The notes beneath the pieces are model-generated. The model was not told the DNA's origin, did not search any database, and was given only the letters and a program-made list of their open reading frames with translations. The translations under genes and the position numbers were made by a program. Of a stretch of DNA of 64,000 nt, positions 1 through 9,774 are shown piece by piece; position 1 is the stretch's first letter; each line of letters starts with the position of its first letter. The stretch lies in sequence record OL956808.1; one strand, written 5' to 3'. Origin of the DNA: Escherichia phage vB_EcoM-S1P5QW.

Positions 1-6
1 ATACCG

Positions 7-948
7 ATGTTTGGTCAAAATATCGTTCTTTCTATTATCAATCAATGGCTCAATAGTGTTGATGCAAGTATTGTTTCTTCTACTAAATTTATTCATGAAA
101 TTCGTAAAATTTCTAGCCGTGTAGATAAAGATGTTATCAAGAAAACCTTTAAAGAGTCTCGTCTTCTTTCATATTTGGTTAATCGGGATATTCTTGGTAA
201 TTTTGGGAAAGAAATTAAACGAACTAAAGATGTAGTAGGATATAATTGGTTCGGTGATGTTAATTCTTATCATCTTAATAATAAAGAAGACCCTGAGAAT
301 ATTTTTACTCGTCGTTGGATTAGTAATTTCAGACTTTTCAAAGGACAGATTCTAAAATCAGCTTCTAAATTATGTTATGGCGATTATCGTCAAATTCATC
401 CTTTGGCTTCTGATATGATTATCATAAAAGAATATGAGCTTGATAAAAATAAAGTAGCTATTTTTGTGAATTATGGATTTTTTACACCAGAAACTAACCA
501 AAAGAACATTAATAAATTTTTCTCAATTGCTAGCACTATAACTCGTCAATTAGAGACCGCATTACTTTGTATGGAAACAGTAGAAAATATTCATACATAT
601 CCTTTTAAGAATATATGCGGTTGGGAAGGATATAAAATTGTAGTTAGTCTTCGTGAAGTGAAATGTACTTATTCACTTACTAGTAAAGAAATTTACCAAC
701 AAAAATGTGATGAAATTGTGAATACTCCTAAAGAAGAAACTACCCTTGAGGAACTAATGGAATGTCTTGATGATTCGCCTGAACCTGTAGAAATTCGTCC
801 AGAAGTTATTGCACTAGAAAAAGCTTATAAAGAAGTTCTAGAAATTTCTAATAAAGCGCAGAAAGAATATGAGCAGGCTAAAAGGATTTGGGAAGAATCT
901 GTTAATCGTCTTGATCGTTTGGAACAAGCTTTACAGTTAATTAAGTAA
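7..948 (+). CDS. hypothetical protein with C-terminal coiled coil; may be 5-prime truncated at window edge
   Basis: 313-aa ORF; no in-frame stop before window start; paralogous to the next ORF (shared FK-SRLLS and LxC(Y/H)GD motifs). Confidence 0.45.
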   Translation: MFGQNIVLSIINQWLNSVDASIVSSTKFIHEIRKISSRVDKDVIKKTFKESRLLSYLVNRDILGNFGKEIKRTKDVVGYNWFGDVNSYHLNNKEDPENIFTRRWISNFRLFKGQILKSASKLCYGDYRQIHPLASDMIIIKEYELDKNKVAIFVNYGFFTPETNQKNINKFFSIASTITRQLETALLCMETVENIHTYPFKNICGWEGYKIVVSLREVKCTYSLTSKEIYQQKCDEIVNTPKEETTLEELMECLDDSPEPVEIRPEVIALEKAYKEVLEISNKAQKEYEQAKRIWEESVNRLDRLEQALQLIK

Positions 949-1000
949 TTTAAAGCCAAGGATGGCTCGGAGTATAAATCATTAACCAAGTGAGAAGAAC

Positions 1001-1927
1001 ATGAAAACTCGTAAACATTATATTGATTATTTTGACAGTCTTATTACTAAACATCGTAATTATCAGATAGGACACAGAGCAGTAATCAATAATATTCTTC
1101 GTGATTTTTTAGACTATATTGGATGGGAAAACCATATTTGTAAAGATACACAAAATGCGTATTCACATTCTCTTGGTTCTTTGCTCGAGTGGTTCAAACG
1201 TTCCAGATTACTATCTTCTGTGATAGCTGTTAATAATGTTAAAAAATTTATGTATCCAAGCTACATTGAGACTAATGTATCAAATGCTAATGTTGTTACA
1301 TTTAATATTATTAATGACGTGAAAAGAACTTATTTAGAAGAATGGTTTTCTAAAAATAGTAAAGAAAAATTTGCCAGTGAGTTTTCACACGAATTTAATA
1401 ATAATGTGAATATGCTTTTTAAGCATTCTCGTAGACTGTTTTGTCATGGCGATGATCGTACTATTAATGTAAATGTAAAAGATTGGGTTACGGCTAAATT
1501 CATTCCATCATCACAGAATGGACCATTTGAATTGTCAATTATTGTTTGTGCTCCGCATGAAATATATAAAAATCTTCCATATATGAAACCATGTGAAGCT
1601 AATAAACATAATAAAACGATTCGTTCTTTGACTTATAATCTTCGTACGTTATTGTCTAAAATGGACGTAGTTGAATCCTTTGATGATAATACGAATTATG
1701 GTCTTTCACTGTTTGAAACTAAAGTTGTTATTAAGTTAAAGGACCCTAATAAATTTAAACCTACGCCAAAGCCCAATCATGGGAATGATACTATGAAAGA
1801 AGAACGCGAATATCTCAGTGCCCGTTTGGTTGAAGTTGAAAAACAGATTGAAGAGCATACTAAAGTTATTAAGGCTTTAACCGCCAAAGCAAATGGTTTA
1901 CGTGATGCTATTGAGGTACTGAAATGA
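1001..1927 (+). CDS. hypothetical protein, paralog of upstream ORF, C-terminal coiled coil
   Basis: 308-aa ORF, SD-like AAG upstream, ATGA overlap with next ORF. Confidence 0.5.
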   Translation: MKTRKHYIDYFDSLITKHRNYQIGHRAVINNILRDFLDYIGWENHICKDTQNAYSHSLGSLLEWFKRSRLLSSVIAVNNVKKFMYPSYIETNVSNANVVTFNIINDVKRTYLEEWFSKNSKEKFASEFSHEFNNNVNMLFKHSRRLFCHGDDRTINVNVKDWVTAKFIPSSQNGPFELSIIVCAPHEIYKNLPYMKPCEANKHNKTIRSLTYNLRTLLSKMDVVESFDDNTNYGLSLFETKVVIKLKDPNKFKPTPKPNHGNDTMKEEREYLSARLVEVEKQIEEHTKVIKALTAKANGLRDAIEVLK

Positions 1928-2220
1928 AAAAGCGTTTATTAGAAGATATTGCCGAAGCTTCAGATTTTCCTGAATGGACTCCATGCGCTGGGTTTGATAA
2001 AGGACTGCTAGTTACTGACGATTTAGATTTTAAACCTCCAGCATGGGATGCTATTATGGCTATGGTTGAACGACGTGAAAGAGCTTCTAAAAACGTTCCT
2101 AATTGCCCTGAGTGTGGAACTGAACAGGTGCAATTGGTCCATTGGCAGACTAATAATCTTCGTTATAAATGTCGTCATTGTAAACGCCGATTTGACCGAG
2201 AAGAAAATGACAAAGCGTAA
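1924..2220 (+). CDS. small zinc-ribbon protein
   Basis: 98-aa ORF with CPECG...CRHC Cys4 pattern. Confidence 0.45.
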   Translation: MKKRLLEDIAEASDFPEWTPCAGFDKGLLVTDDLDFKPPAWDAIMAMVERRERASKNVPNCPECGTEQVQLVHWQTNNLRYKCRHCKRRFDREENDKA

Positions 2221-2449
2221 AGAATATATGGAGGCTGCTGAAAAGGCAGTCCGTGAATTAGCAATAGCTTATTATAATGAACATGGTAAATTTCCTGATA
2301 GATACAGCGTGCTTAAATCAGCTTTAACTCGTTCATATAAAAATATGCTATCAGAAGTAAGTGATATTATATACAAACATAAAGAACAAACGGGCCAAAG
2401 TCTTGATTACGACGAGACTTTTAAACAAGTACTAGGAATTAAGGAATAA
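2207..2449 (+). CDS. hypothetical protein (80 aa)
   Basis: first ATG (MTKRKEY) of the 2048 ORF frame lying after the preceding gene; track start is likely an N-terminal over-extension. Confidence 0.4.
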   Translation: MTKRKEYMEAAEKAVRELAIAYYNEHGKFPDRYSVLKSALTRSYKNMLSEVSDIIYKHKEQTGQSLDYDETFKQVLGIKE

Positions 2450-2450
2450 T

Positions 2451-2714
2451 ATGTTTAAAGTATATGGTTATGATAGCAACATCCATAAATGCGTGTACTG
2501 CGATAATGCAAAACGTCTTTTGACTGTGAAGAAACAGCCGTTTGAATTTATCAACATTATGCCAGAAAAAGGTGTTTTTGATGATGAGAAAATCGCTGAG
2601 CTTCTGACTAAACTAGGTCGTGATACTCAAATCGGCTTGACAATGCCTCAGGTATTTGCTCCTGATGGAAGTCATATTGGTGGATTTGACCAACTGCGAG
2701 AATACTTTAAATGA
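2451..2714 (+). CDS. nrdC: thioredoxin NrdC
   Basis: 87 aa, CVYC redox motif, sequence recognised as T4 NrdC. Confidence 0.9.
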   Translation: MFKVYGYDSNIHKCVYCDNAKRLLTVKKQPFEFINIMPEKGVFDDEKIAELLTKLGRDTQIGLTMPQVFAPDGSHIGGFDQLREYFK

Positions 2715-2926
2715 TGCTCGAAGGAAATGACTATATTCATGATTATCGTGGAAGCGCGGTATATGTAGGTGATGAAGTTGCAGTTTATTATGGGTATGGA
2801 ACTTTGATGACAGCCAAGGTTATTCAAATTAAAAATAATCGTGCTAAACTCGAAGTTTATTATTCTAATGGTGAAAAGTCTATTTCTAAGTGGAAATACG
2901 GCGATTGCATGGTCAAACTGGGGTAA
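2711..2926 (+). CDS. hypothetical protein
   Basis: 71-aa ORF, ATGA overlap with nrdC stop. Confidence 0.4.
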   Translation: MMLEGNDYIHDYRGSAVYVGDEVAVYYGYGTLMTAKVIQIKNNRAKLEVYYSNGEKSISKWKYGDCMVKLG

Positions 2927-2928
2927 AT

Positions 2929-3099
2929 ATGATATACGATATTAGTGCAGCAAGAGCTCCATCAATGGTTACTATTCCTGTTGAAGAATTAGATCGTCTT
3001 CATAAAATTGAAGAACTTCTTTGGGAAATTGAATGTGACCTGCCATCAGGATTAGAATCCTGGATTGATTATGAAGAACTTAATAAGCTTCGGGGTTAA
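2929..3099 (+). CDS. hypothetical small protein
   Basis: ATG directly after the previous stop (TAA-AT-ATG); track ORF begins at an upstream GTG. Confidence 0.3.
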   Translation: MIYDISAARAPSMVTIPVEELDRLHKIEELLWEIECDLPSGLESWIDYEELNKLRG

Positions 3100-3221
3100 A
3101 CCTTGGTGGGCGGCTAGATGGGAAACTGTAGAGCCAGAGCCGGAAGAACCGGTTTACACTGATGAAGAAACAATATATAATGAACCAACGATAAATGACT
3201 TAATTGATATGGAGATGGGAC

Positions 3222-3668
3222 ATGATTACAGTAGATAAGTGGTTTAGAATTAATCGTGCTGATACAGGGCTGTGTAATTACTGGCCGGAACTTAGTGCAG
3301 GTACTGTCTTTAAAGTTCGTGAACTTGCAAAAGAATGTGAAGATGATATAGAACCTGATACTGGAATTATTGAAATTGAACTTTCTGATGGAAAGATTAT
3401 TAACATCTATGATAAGCCAATTACGTATTGGTGCTTGTGGAATACTGAATCAGTCGAAAATGGCGAAATTGAAGAAGTTGTAGAGCGAACTAATCAAGTT
3501 GTTCAGAAGCCTAAAGCCGGTTTTCAAGGTGAACGTATTTCATACGCATTAGCTAAATCGGCGTTGAAAAAAGATATTGATGATTACGAAGGAAATTTGA
3601 TGCAAGCTGCGGCAGAATATATTGAATGGCTTGAAACTCAAATTTCTTTTTCTGACCGAGCATTTTAA
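3222..3668 (+). CDS. hypothetical protein (148 aa)
   Basis: ATG with GGAG 7 nt upstream; track start is a TTG. Confidence 0.4.
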   Translation: MITVDKWFRINRADTGLCNYWPELSAGTVFKVRELAKECEDDIEPDTGIIEIELSDGKIINIYDKPITYWCLWNTESVENGEIEEVVERTNQVVQKPKAGFQGERISYALAKSALKKDIDDYEGNLMQAAAEYIEWLETQISFSDRAF

Positions 3669-3717
3669 TACTTGAAAATAATAAATACCCTTATCTATTT
3701 AAGGTAAGGGTTTTATT

Positions 3718-4191
3718 ATGTTATTGACTGGCAAATTATATAAAGAAGAAAAACAGAAATTTTATGATGCACAAAACGGTAAATGCTTAATTTGCCAACG
3801 AGAACTAAATCCTGATGTTCAAGCTAATCACCTCGACCATGACCATGAATTAAATGGACCAAAAGCAGGAAAGGTACGTGGATTGCTTTGTAATCTCTGC
3901 AATGCCGCAGAAGGTCAAATGAAGCACAAATTTAATCGTTCTGGCTTAAAGGGACAAGGTGTTGATTATCTTGAATGGTTAGAAAATTTACTTACTTATT
4001 TAAAATCCGATTACACCCAAAATAATATTCACCCTAACTTTGTTGGAGATAAAACAAAGGAATTTTCTCGTTTAGGAAAAGAGGAAATGATGGCTGAGAT
4101 GCTTCAAAGAGGATTTGAATATAATGAATCTGACACCAAAACACAGTTAATAGCTTCATTTAAGAAGCAGCTTAGAAAGAGTTTAAAATGA
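3718..4191 (+). CDS. 49: endonuclease VII (Holliday junction resolvase)
   Basis: 157 aa, sequence recognised as T4 gp49; ATGA overlap with nrdD. Confidence 0.9.
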   Translation: MLLTGKLYKEEKQKFYDAQNGKCLICQRELNPDVQANHLDHDHELNGPKAGKVRGLLCNLCNAAEGQMKHKFNRSGLKGQGVDYLEWLENLLTYLKSDYTQNNIHPNFVGDKTKEFSRLGKEEMMAEMLQRGFEYNESDTKTQLIASFKKQLRKSLK

Positions 4192-6005
4192 CAATTGAAA
4201 AAGAAATTGAAGGATTGATTCATAAAACTAATAAAGACCTTTTAAACGAGAATGCTAATAAAGATTCTCGTGTTTTTCCAACTCAACGGGACCTTATGGC
4301 TGGTATTGTGTCTAAACACATTGCCAAAAATATGGTCCCGTCTTTTATTATGAAAGCGCATGAAAGCGGAATTATTCATTTCCATGATATTGATTATTCC
4401 CCTGCTCTTCCATTTACTAATTGTTGTTTAGTAGATTTAAAAGGAATGCTTGAGAACGGATTTAAGCTTGGTAATGCACAGATTGAAACTCCTAAATCAA
4501 TTGGAGTTGCTACTGCAATTATGGCACAAATTACTGCACAGGTTGCTTCCCATCAATACGGCGGAACGACTTTTGCTAATGTAGATAAAGTACTTTCTCC
4601 TTATGTTAAACGCACCTATGCAAAACATATTGAGGATGCAGAAAAATGGCAAATCGCTGATGCGTTGAATTATGCTCAATCTAAAACAGAAAAAGACGTA
4701 TACGATGCATTCCAAGCTTATGAATATGAAGTAAATACTCTCTTTAGTTCAAACGGGCAAACACCTTTTGTAACAATTACATTTGGTACAGGAACTGACT
4801 GGACTGAACGAATGATTCAGAAAGCAATTCTGAAAAATCGTATTAAAGGTCTCGGTCGTGATGGGATAACTCCTATTTTTCCTAAGCTTGTTATGTTCGT
4901 CGAAGAAGGCGTTAATCTTTACAAAGACGATCCGAATTACGACATTAAGCAACTTGCTTTAGAGTGTGCAAGCAAAAGGATGTATCCTGATATTATTTCA
5001 GCTAAGAATAATAAAGCTATCACTGGTTCATCTGTTCCTGTTTCTCCAATGGGTTGCCGTAGTTTCTTGAGCGTATGGAAAGATTCGACTGGTAATGAAA
5101 TTCTTGATGGACGTAATAATCTTGGTGTTGTAACACTGAATCTTCCTCGCATTGCATTAGATTCTTATATTGGAACACAATTTAACGAACAGAAATTTGT
5201 TGAATTATTCAATGAACGAATGGATTTATGTTTTGAAGCTTTGATGTGTAGAATTAGTTCCTTAAAAGGAGTTAAAGCGACTGTTGCTCCTATTCTTTAC
5301 CAAGAAGGTGCATTCGGGGTTCGTCTTAAACCTGATGACGATATAATTGAGTTATTTAAAAACGGCAGAAGTTCAGTGTCTTTAGGATACATAGGTATTC
5401 ATGAATTGAATATTCTTGTTGGTCGTGACATTGGACAAGAAATTTTAACTAAAATGAATGCTCATCTTAAACAGTGGACTGAAAGAACCGGATTTGCTTT
5501 TAGTTTATATTCGACTCCTGCTGAAAACCTTTGTTATCGCTTCTGTAAACTCGATACAGAAAAATATGGAAGCGTAAAAGATGTTACCGATAAAGGTTGG
5601 TACACTAACAGTTTCCATGTTTCAGTAGAAGAAAATATTACTCCGTTTGAAAAGATTTCTCGTGAAGCGCCATATCATTTCATTGCGACAGGTGGTCACA
5701 TTTCTTATGTTGAACTTCCTGATATGAAAAATAACTTAAAAGGTCTTGAGGCCGTGTGGGATTATGCTGCACAGCATTTAGATTATTTTGGTGTTAATAT
5801 GCCGGTAGATAAATGTTTTACATGTGGAAGTACCCATGAAATGACTCCTACTGAAAACGGATTTGTTTGTTCTATTTGTGGAGAAACTGATCCTAAAAAG
5901 ATGAACACAATAAGAAGAACATGTGGTTATTTGGGAAATCCGAACGAACGCGGATTTAATCTCGGTAAAAATAAAGAAATCATGCATAGGGTTAAACACC
6001 AATGA
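4188..6005 (+). CDS. nrdD: anaerobic ribonucleoside-triphosphate reductase (class III), uninterrupted
   Basis: 605 aa continuous ORF; C-terminal glycyl-radical motif RRTCGYLG; zinc CxxC pairs. Confidence 0.95.
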   Translation: MTIEKEIEGLIHKTNKDLLNENANKDSRVFPTQRDLMAGIVSKHIAKNMVPSFIMKAHESGIIHFHDIDYSPALPFTNCCLVDLKGMLENGFKLGNAQIETPKSIGVATAIMAQITAQVASHQYGGTTFANVDKVLSPYVKRTYAKHIEDAEKWQIADALNYAQSKTEKDVYDAFQAYEYEVNTLFSSNGQTPFVTITFGTGTDWTERMIQKAILKNRIKGLGRDGITPIFPKLVMFVEEGVNLYKDDPNYDIKQLALECASKRMYPDIISAKNNKAITGSSVPVSPMGCRSFLSVWKDSTGNEILDGRNNLGVVTLNLPRIALDSYIGTQFNEQKFVELFNERMDLCFEALMCRISSLKGVKATVAPILYQEGAFGVRLKPDDDIIELFKNGRSSVSLGYIGIHELNILVGRDIGQEILTKMNAHLKQWTERTGFAFSLYSTPAENLCYRFCKLDTEKYGSVKDVTDKGWYTNSFHVSVEENITPFEKISREAPYHFIATGGHISYVELPDMKNNLKGLEAVWDYAAQHLDYFGVNMPVDKCFTCGSTHEMTPTENGFVCSICGETDPKKMNTIRRTCGYLGNPNERGFNLGKNKEIMHRVKHQ

Positions 6006-6472
6006 ATTACGATAGATTTTATCCCTGTGATTTTGTGAATGGCCCTGGATGCAGGGTCGTTCTTTTCGTTACAGGTTGTTTGCATAAATGCGAAGGGTGT
6101 TATAATAAATCAACATGGAATGCTAGAAATGGTGCTCCATTCACTGGTGAAACACTAGAACAATTAATTGAATGTTTGAATAATGATTATATAGAAGGAT
6201 TAACTATAACCGGAGGAGACCCTCTTTATCCTGATAACAGAGACGTGATTCACTCTGTGGTTCAAACTATTAAAAATCTTTATCCCAATAAAAGCATTTG
6301 GTTGTGGACAGGATATAAGTTTGAAGATATTAAACAACTAGAAATGCTTAAATATGTTGATGTTATTATTGATGGGAAGTATGAGAAAAATCTTCCGACC
6401 AAAAAGCTGTGGCGAGGATCAGATAATCAGCGGCTTTGGTCAAATACCGATGGGGTGTGGAAACATGATTAA
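6002..6472 (+). CDS. nrdG: anaerobic RNR activating enzyme (radical SAM)
   Basis: 156 aa, Cys-rich N-terminal radical-SAM-like cluster motif (CLHKCEGC); ATGA overlap with nrdD. Confidence 0.9.
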   Translation: MNYDRFYPCDFVNGPGCRVVLFVTGCLHKCEGCYNKSTWNARNGAPFTGETLEQLIECLNNDYIEGLTITGGDPLYPDNRDVIHSVVQTIKNLYPNKSIWLWTGYKFEDIKQLEMLKYVDVIIDGKYEKNLPTKKLWRGSDNQRLWSNTDGVWKHD

Positions 6473-6587
6473 ATTGAATTATATTATGGATACTATAAAT
6501 GATATGATTTTTCATTTTGGTCCAGAATTTTATTCCCAATATAGTTTAGTGCTTATCAATGCTTGGTTAATTAATTAAGGGTAAAAT

Positions 6588-6800
6588 ATGTATAAATTTC
6601 GTAAAGGTTTAGCTGATTTTCTTACAACTGTAACATTCTTTCTGTTTATGGCAGTTGGAGCTATTTTCCTTATTCCTTTTATTGTTATATTTTTCGTAAT
6701 TAGTTTGATTTCTCCAGAAAAGGGCTTATCTTCTAGTGAGTTCAATGAGCGTCTGGATAAAATTACTAATAAGCTGAATGCTGCTCTTAGTAAGGAATAG
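6588..6800 (+). CDS. small membrane protein
   Basis: 70 aa, one long hydrophobic segment, AAGGG SD. Confidence 0.4.
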   Translation: MYKFRKGLADFLTTVTFFLFMAVGAIFLIPFIVIFFVISLISPEKGLSSSEFNERLDKITNKLNAALSKE

Positions 6801-6802
6801 TT

Positions 6803-7111
6803 GTGAAACAAAATAAGATTGAAGTCTATGGAATTCCAGATGAAGTAGGTCGTTGTCCTGGATGTCAATCAGTTACAAAACTCCTAAAGGAGCTCAATGC
6901 TCCTTTTACTTTCTATAAAGTTCTTACAAATAATGGTAAGATTGAGTATGATCGTCCACTGATTGTATCTCTTGCTAAACGCGCTGGATTCACATCTCTT
7001 AACATTCGTTATCCGGTCATTTTCATTAATGATTCTAGACAAAAGAACATTAAACACTTCAAAGAAACTCTCATTTCACTTGGATATGATAGAGATATCA
7101 TAGAAGACTAA
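6803..7111 (+). CDS. nrdH: glutaredoxin-like NrdH
   Basis: 102 aa, CPGC motif, GTG start with AAGGAA SD, position after nrdG. Confidence 0.7.
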   Translation: MKQNKIEVYGIPDEVGRCPGCQSVTKLLKELNAPFTFYKVLTNNGKIEYDRPLIVSLAKRAGFTSLNIRYPVIFINDSRQKNIKHFKETLISLGYDRDIIED

Positions 7112-7113
7112 GA

Positions 7114-7137
7114 CGGGCCCTCTGGGCCTTTCTTTCT
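7114..7137 (+). terminator. hairpin plus T-rich tract after nrdH
   Basis: GGCCC-TCT-GGGCC then TTTCTTTCTC. Confidence 0.4.
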
Positions 7138-7209
7138 CACATTCTGTATATTACCATTCTAAGCTATCGTTCCCTTCTTATCATTCCCTAAAATAATTTT
7201 CACAAAGTT

Positions 7210-7239
7210 GTTTACAACAAGTTCAAACCGTGGTATTAT
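7210..7239 (+). promoter_or_regulatory. T4-type early promoter (GTTTAC-N18-TATTAT)
   Basis: -35 GTTTAC and -10 with upstream TGG; coordinates approximate. Confidence 0.55.
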
Positions 7240-7269
7240 TAACATATGAATTACCTTTGAGGAATTGAT

Positions 7270-7446
7270 ATGGTTGATAAAGAGATTAAAATTGACCAGT
7301 ACTATCGTGTTAACGGACATATCGTTATTGTTACAGCAGTCGATGATTTAGATGTTCATTATACTGTGATTAAATGGAACAAACGTATGATTTGTGATCG
7401 TGCTGTATTTAGTTCAGTTGCTAAGGAAATTAAACTCCATGGGTAA
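7270..7446 (+). CDS. hypothetical small protein (58 aa)
   Basis: not in ORF track (<60 aa); GAGGA SD, directly downstream of an early promoter. Confidence 0.3.
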   Translation: MVDKEIKIDQYYRVNGHIVIVTAVDDLDVHYTVIKWNKRMICDRAVFSSVAKEIKLHG

Positions 7447-7732
7447 AACGTATCGTCGTAAAGACTTAAAAGTGCGTGATTATGACTATTTCGGAAAGCG
7501 TAAAGCTCCTGATGGGGTAAGTCATAAAGATATGGTTGAAAACATTTTTCGCTCAGATAAATGGCGTAGAATGAAAGGTATTGATTCAGAAGTTAAAGAT
7601 GAGTTAAATCGTCAATTACGTGGTGAAGTAAGAAAGTTGAAAAAATCAGTTTACATTGACGATGATTTTGATTATAATACTTCTCAACGAGTTGCTAAAC
7701 GTAAATCAAACGAGTGTTATCGTTACAGCTGA
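7439..7732 (+). CDS. hypothetical basic protein (97 aa)
   Basis: ATG overlapping previous stop; track start is an upstream GTG. Confidence 0.4.
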   Translation: MGKTYRRKDLKVRDYDYFGKRKAPDGVSHKDMVENIFRSDKWRRMKGIDSEVKDELNRQLRGEVRKLKKSVYIDDDFDYNTSQRVAKRKSNECYRYS

Positions 7733-7739
7733 GGAAAAT

Positions 7740-7871
7740 ATGAATATCAAACGAATGCTTTTTAAGCAAGGGCTATATACTTTAAATGTTACTCCAAAAG
7801 GTGATACAACTAAGTGGTCAGTAAATGACTGGATTAAATTTATTGATGAAAACGGTAACTGGAAAATTTAA
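7740..7871 (+). CDS. hypothetical small protein (43 aa)
   Basis: ATG with GAGGAAA SD; track ORF is over-extended. Confidence 0.3.
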   Translation: MNIKRMLFKQGLYTLNVTPKGDTTKWSVNDWIKFIDENGNWKI

Positions 7872-8072
7872 ATGAATCCTGAATCTAAATTATCACAACG
7901 AATTGCCGAATCTCGTCGTCAGTTCTTTGAAAATATGATAGCCCAAGGTATTGATGATGAAGTTTTTCTAAACTGGTTTTGGAATCACAAATATTCGAGT
8001 TGCTCAGGAGCAATATTAATATCAGCCGCAATGATGTACGAAGGCTGGAAGGGTGCCAAAAAGTTTAGCTAA
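7872..8072 (+). CDS. hypothetical protein
   Basis: 66-aa ORF followed by hairpin terminator. Confidence 0.35.
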   Translation: MNPESKLSQRIAESRRQFFENMIAQGIDDEVFLNWFWNHKYSSCSGAILISAAMMYEGWKGAKKFS

Positions 8073-8089
8073 GGGCTTCGGCCCTTTTT
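8073..8089 (+). terminator. UUCG-tetraloop hairpin terminator
   Basis: GGGCTTCGGCCC then TTTTT. Confidence 0.6.
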
Positions 8090-8124
8090 GGATAATAAAA
8101 TTTTAACGTAATTGAGGATAATGT

Positions 8125-8451
8125 ATGACTATTCAAATTAAAAACGTCATTAATTCTTACGCATATGATAAAGTAGTTTCTTTGCTAGAAAAAGGCGATA
8201 TTGTAACTCCTCAAATTTTGGATAAATGGGAAAAAGAGCTTCATCAAATGATGAAACAGAATGATCAGAAGATTGGACGCAATACTGTCCGTGAATTGTT
8301 GGTTCAATATATCTTGTCAGAATTTGATGTTAAAGCTTTTGGTGTAGAATCTAAAGCTTATCAAAAGCATGAAATTTCCGATAAAACTATTCGTCGCATG
8401 AAAAATCAACGCAAGAAAAAATTTGCAGACCTGAAAATTACTAAGGTATAA
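8125..8451 (+). CDS. hypothetical protein
   Basis: 108-aa ORF, GAGGA SD. Confidence 0.45.
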   Translation: MTIQIKNVINSYAYDKVVSLLEKGDIVTPQILDKWEKELHQMMKQNDQKIGRNTVRELLVQYILSEFDVKAFGVESKAYQKHEISDKTIRRMKNQRKKKFADLKITKV

Positions 8452-8453
8452 TT

Positions 8454-8669
8454 ATGAACGAAGCTCTTATTAACGATTTGCGTCTTGCCGGATATGAAGT
8501 AAATACAAATGGCATTGGTTTAACTCAAATTGAAGGAAACGGATTCATCCTTGAGTATGAATTTAGCCAATGGTGGTTATATGCCAATTACGGCGAATTG
8601 ATTGAATATGTTGATCAATTTGATTCATTAGATGCAGCTCTTGAAGCGGCTAAGTTGATGAATGTATGA
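8454..8669 (+). CDS. hypothetical acidic protein
   Basis: 71-aa ORF tightly packed. Confidence 0.4.
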   Translation: MNEALINDLRLAGYEVNTNGIGLTQIEGNGFILEYEFSQWWLYANYGELIEYVDQFDSLDAALEAAKLMNV

Positions 8670-8935
8670 AATTTATTAATATTTCTATTACTATTGAAAA
8701 TTATGGCATTTTCTATGTTGACCAATACATGAAAATTTCATTTTTCCCAAATAAGACTGGTGTTGGATATTGGGAAAGCCATGTTTCTGAATTAAATGAA
8801 AGTGAATATGCTAGCACACATGAAAAGTTTTTAGACTTTTTATATCATGCTGATTTAACTAGTCATTATATAGATATTCATGAATTTAAAAAGATGATGG
8901 AGAAAGTATTCCAAGCATACTGCTTACTTAGATAA
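8666..8935 (+). CDS. hypothetical protein
   Basis: 89-aa ORF, ATGA overlap. Confidence 0.4.
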   Translation: MKFINISITIENYGIFYVDQYMKISFFPNKTGVGYWESHVSELNESEYASTHEKFLDFLYHADLTSHYIDIHEFKKMMEKVFQAYCLLR

Positions 8936-8948
8936 CTGATATCCTCTA

Positions 8949-8976
8949 TGCTTTAAGATAGATCTTCAAATATTAT
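8949..8976 (+). promoter_or_regulatory. candidate middle promoter upstream of gene 55, inside an inverted repeat
   Basis: ATGCTTTA box plus TATTAT; flanked by ATAGATCT/AGATCTAT. Confidence 0.3.
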
Positions 8977-9013
8977 GATATAATAGATCTATGAATTGAG
9001 CTAAGAGGTGAAA

Positions 9014-9571
9014 ATGTCAGAAACTAAGCCTAAATATAATTACGTAAACAATAAAGAGCTTTTACAAGCTATTATTGATTGGAAAACAGAATTAGCAAAT
9101 AATAAAGACCCAAATAAAGTAGTTCGTCAGAATGATACTATCGGATTGGCCATTATGCTTATCGCAGAAGGCTTATCTAAACGTTTCAACTTTTCAGGAT
9201 ACACCCAATCCTGGAAACAAGAAATGATTGCAGATGGTATAGAAGCTTCTATTAAGGGGCTTCATAATTTTGATGAAACGAAATATAAAAACCCACATGC
9301 ATATATAACTCAAGCTTGTTTTAATGCATTCGTCCAACGTATTAAAAAAGAACGTAAGGAAGTTGCAAAGAAATACAGTTACTTCGTTCACAATGTCTAT
9401 GACAGTCGTGACGACGATATGGTTGCGTTAGTAGATGAAACTTTTATTCAAGACATCTACGATAAAATGACGCATTACGAAGAATCAACCTATAGAACAC
9501 CGGGGGCTGAAAAGAAAAGTGTTGTAGACGATTCTCCTAGTTTGGATTTTTTATATGAGGCTAACGATTAA
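9014..9571 (+). CDS. 55: late-transcription sigma factor gp55
   Basis: 185 aa from ATG ([10 protein letters not shown]), recognised as T4 gp55; track start is an upstream GTG. Confidence 0.9.
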
Positions 9572-9773
9572 CCTCTCCGGATTCTTGGAAGAAATACCTG
9601 AAGTTGAAGCTATTCCCTATTTGCTTAAAATGTATCTCAGGGAAGTTTTAGCTCTTGACATTGATATTGATCCAGAAAATCCGTATGATACCGCTTTTAA
9701 ATCTAATGGTGTAGAATTAAATTACAGGTATCATTTAACAGATGATGATTTTTATTTTATATTAGAGAAATAA
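9555..9773 (+). CDS. hypothetical protein
   Basis: 72-aa ORF overlapping the end of gene 55. Confidence 0.35.
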
Positions 9774-9774
9774 T

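Noticed and set aside
2048-2449. 133-aa ORF-track call
   Set aside because: N-terminal part overlaps the preceding ORF in another frame; trimmed to the internal ATG at 2207.
3071-3236. 55-aa alternative-frame ORF spanning the 3100-3220 intergenic gap
   Set aside because: Starts inside the preceding gene in another frame and has no SD; the gap more likely holds regulatory sequence for the 3222 ORF.
4497-5152. Three - strand ORFs (72, 67, 71 aa) inside nrdD
   Set aside because: Entirely antisense to a well-supported conserved gene, no SD, low-complexity translations; frame artefacts.
4188-6005. Group I intron in nrdD
   Set aside because: Searched for because T4 has one; the ORF is continuous at the expected 605-aa length.
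6354-6578. 74-aa ORF overlapping the nrdG 3-prime end
   Set aside because: Alternative frame of nrdG; the downstream region is better explained by the 70-aa membrane ORF at 6588.
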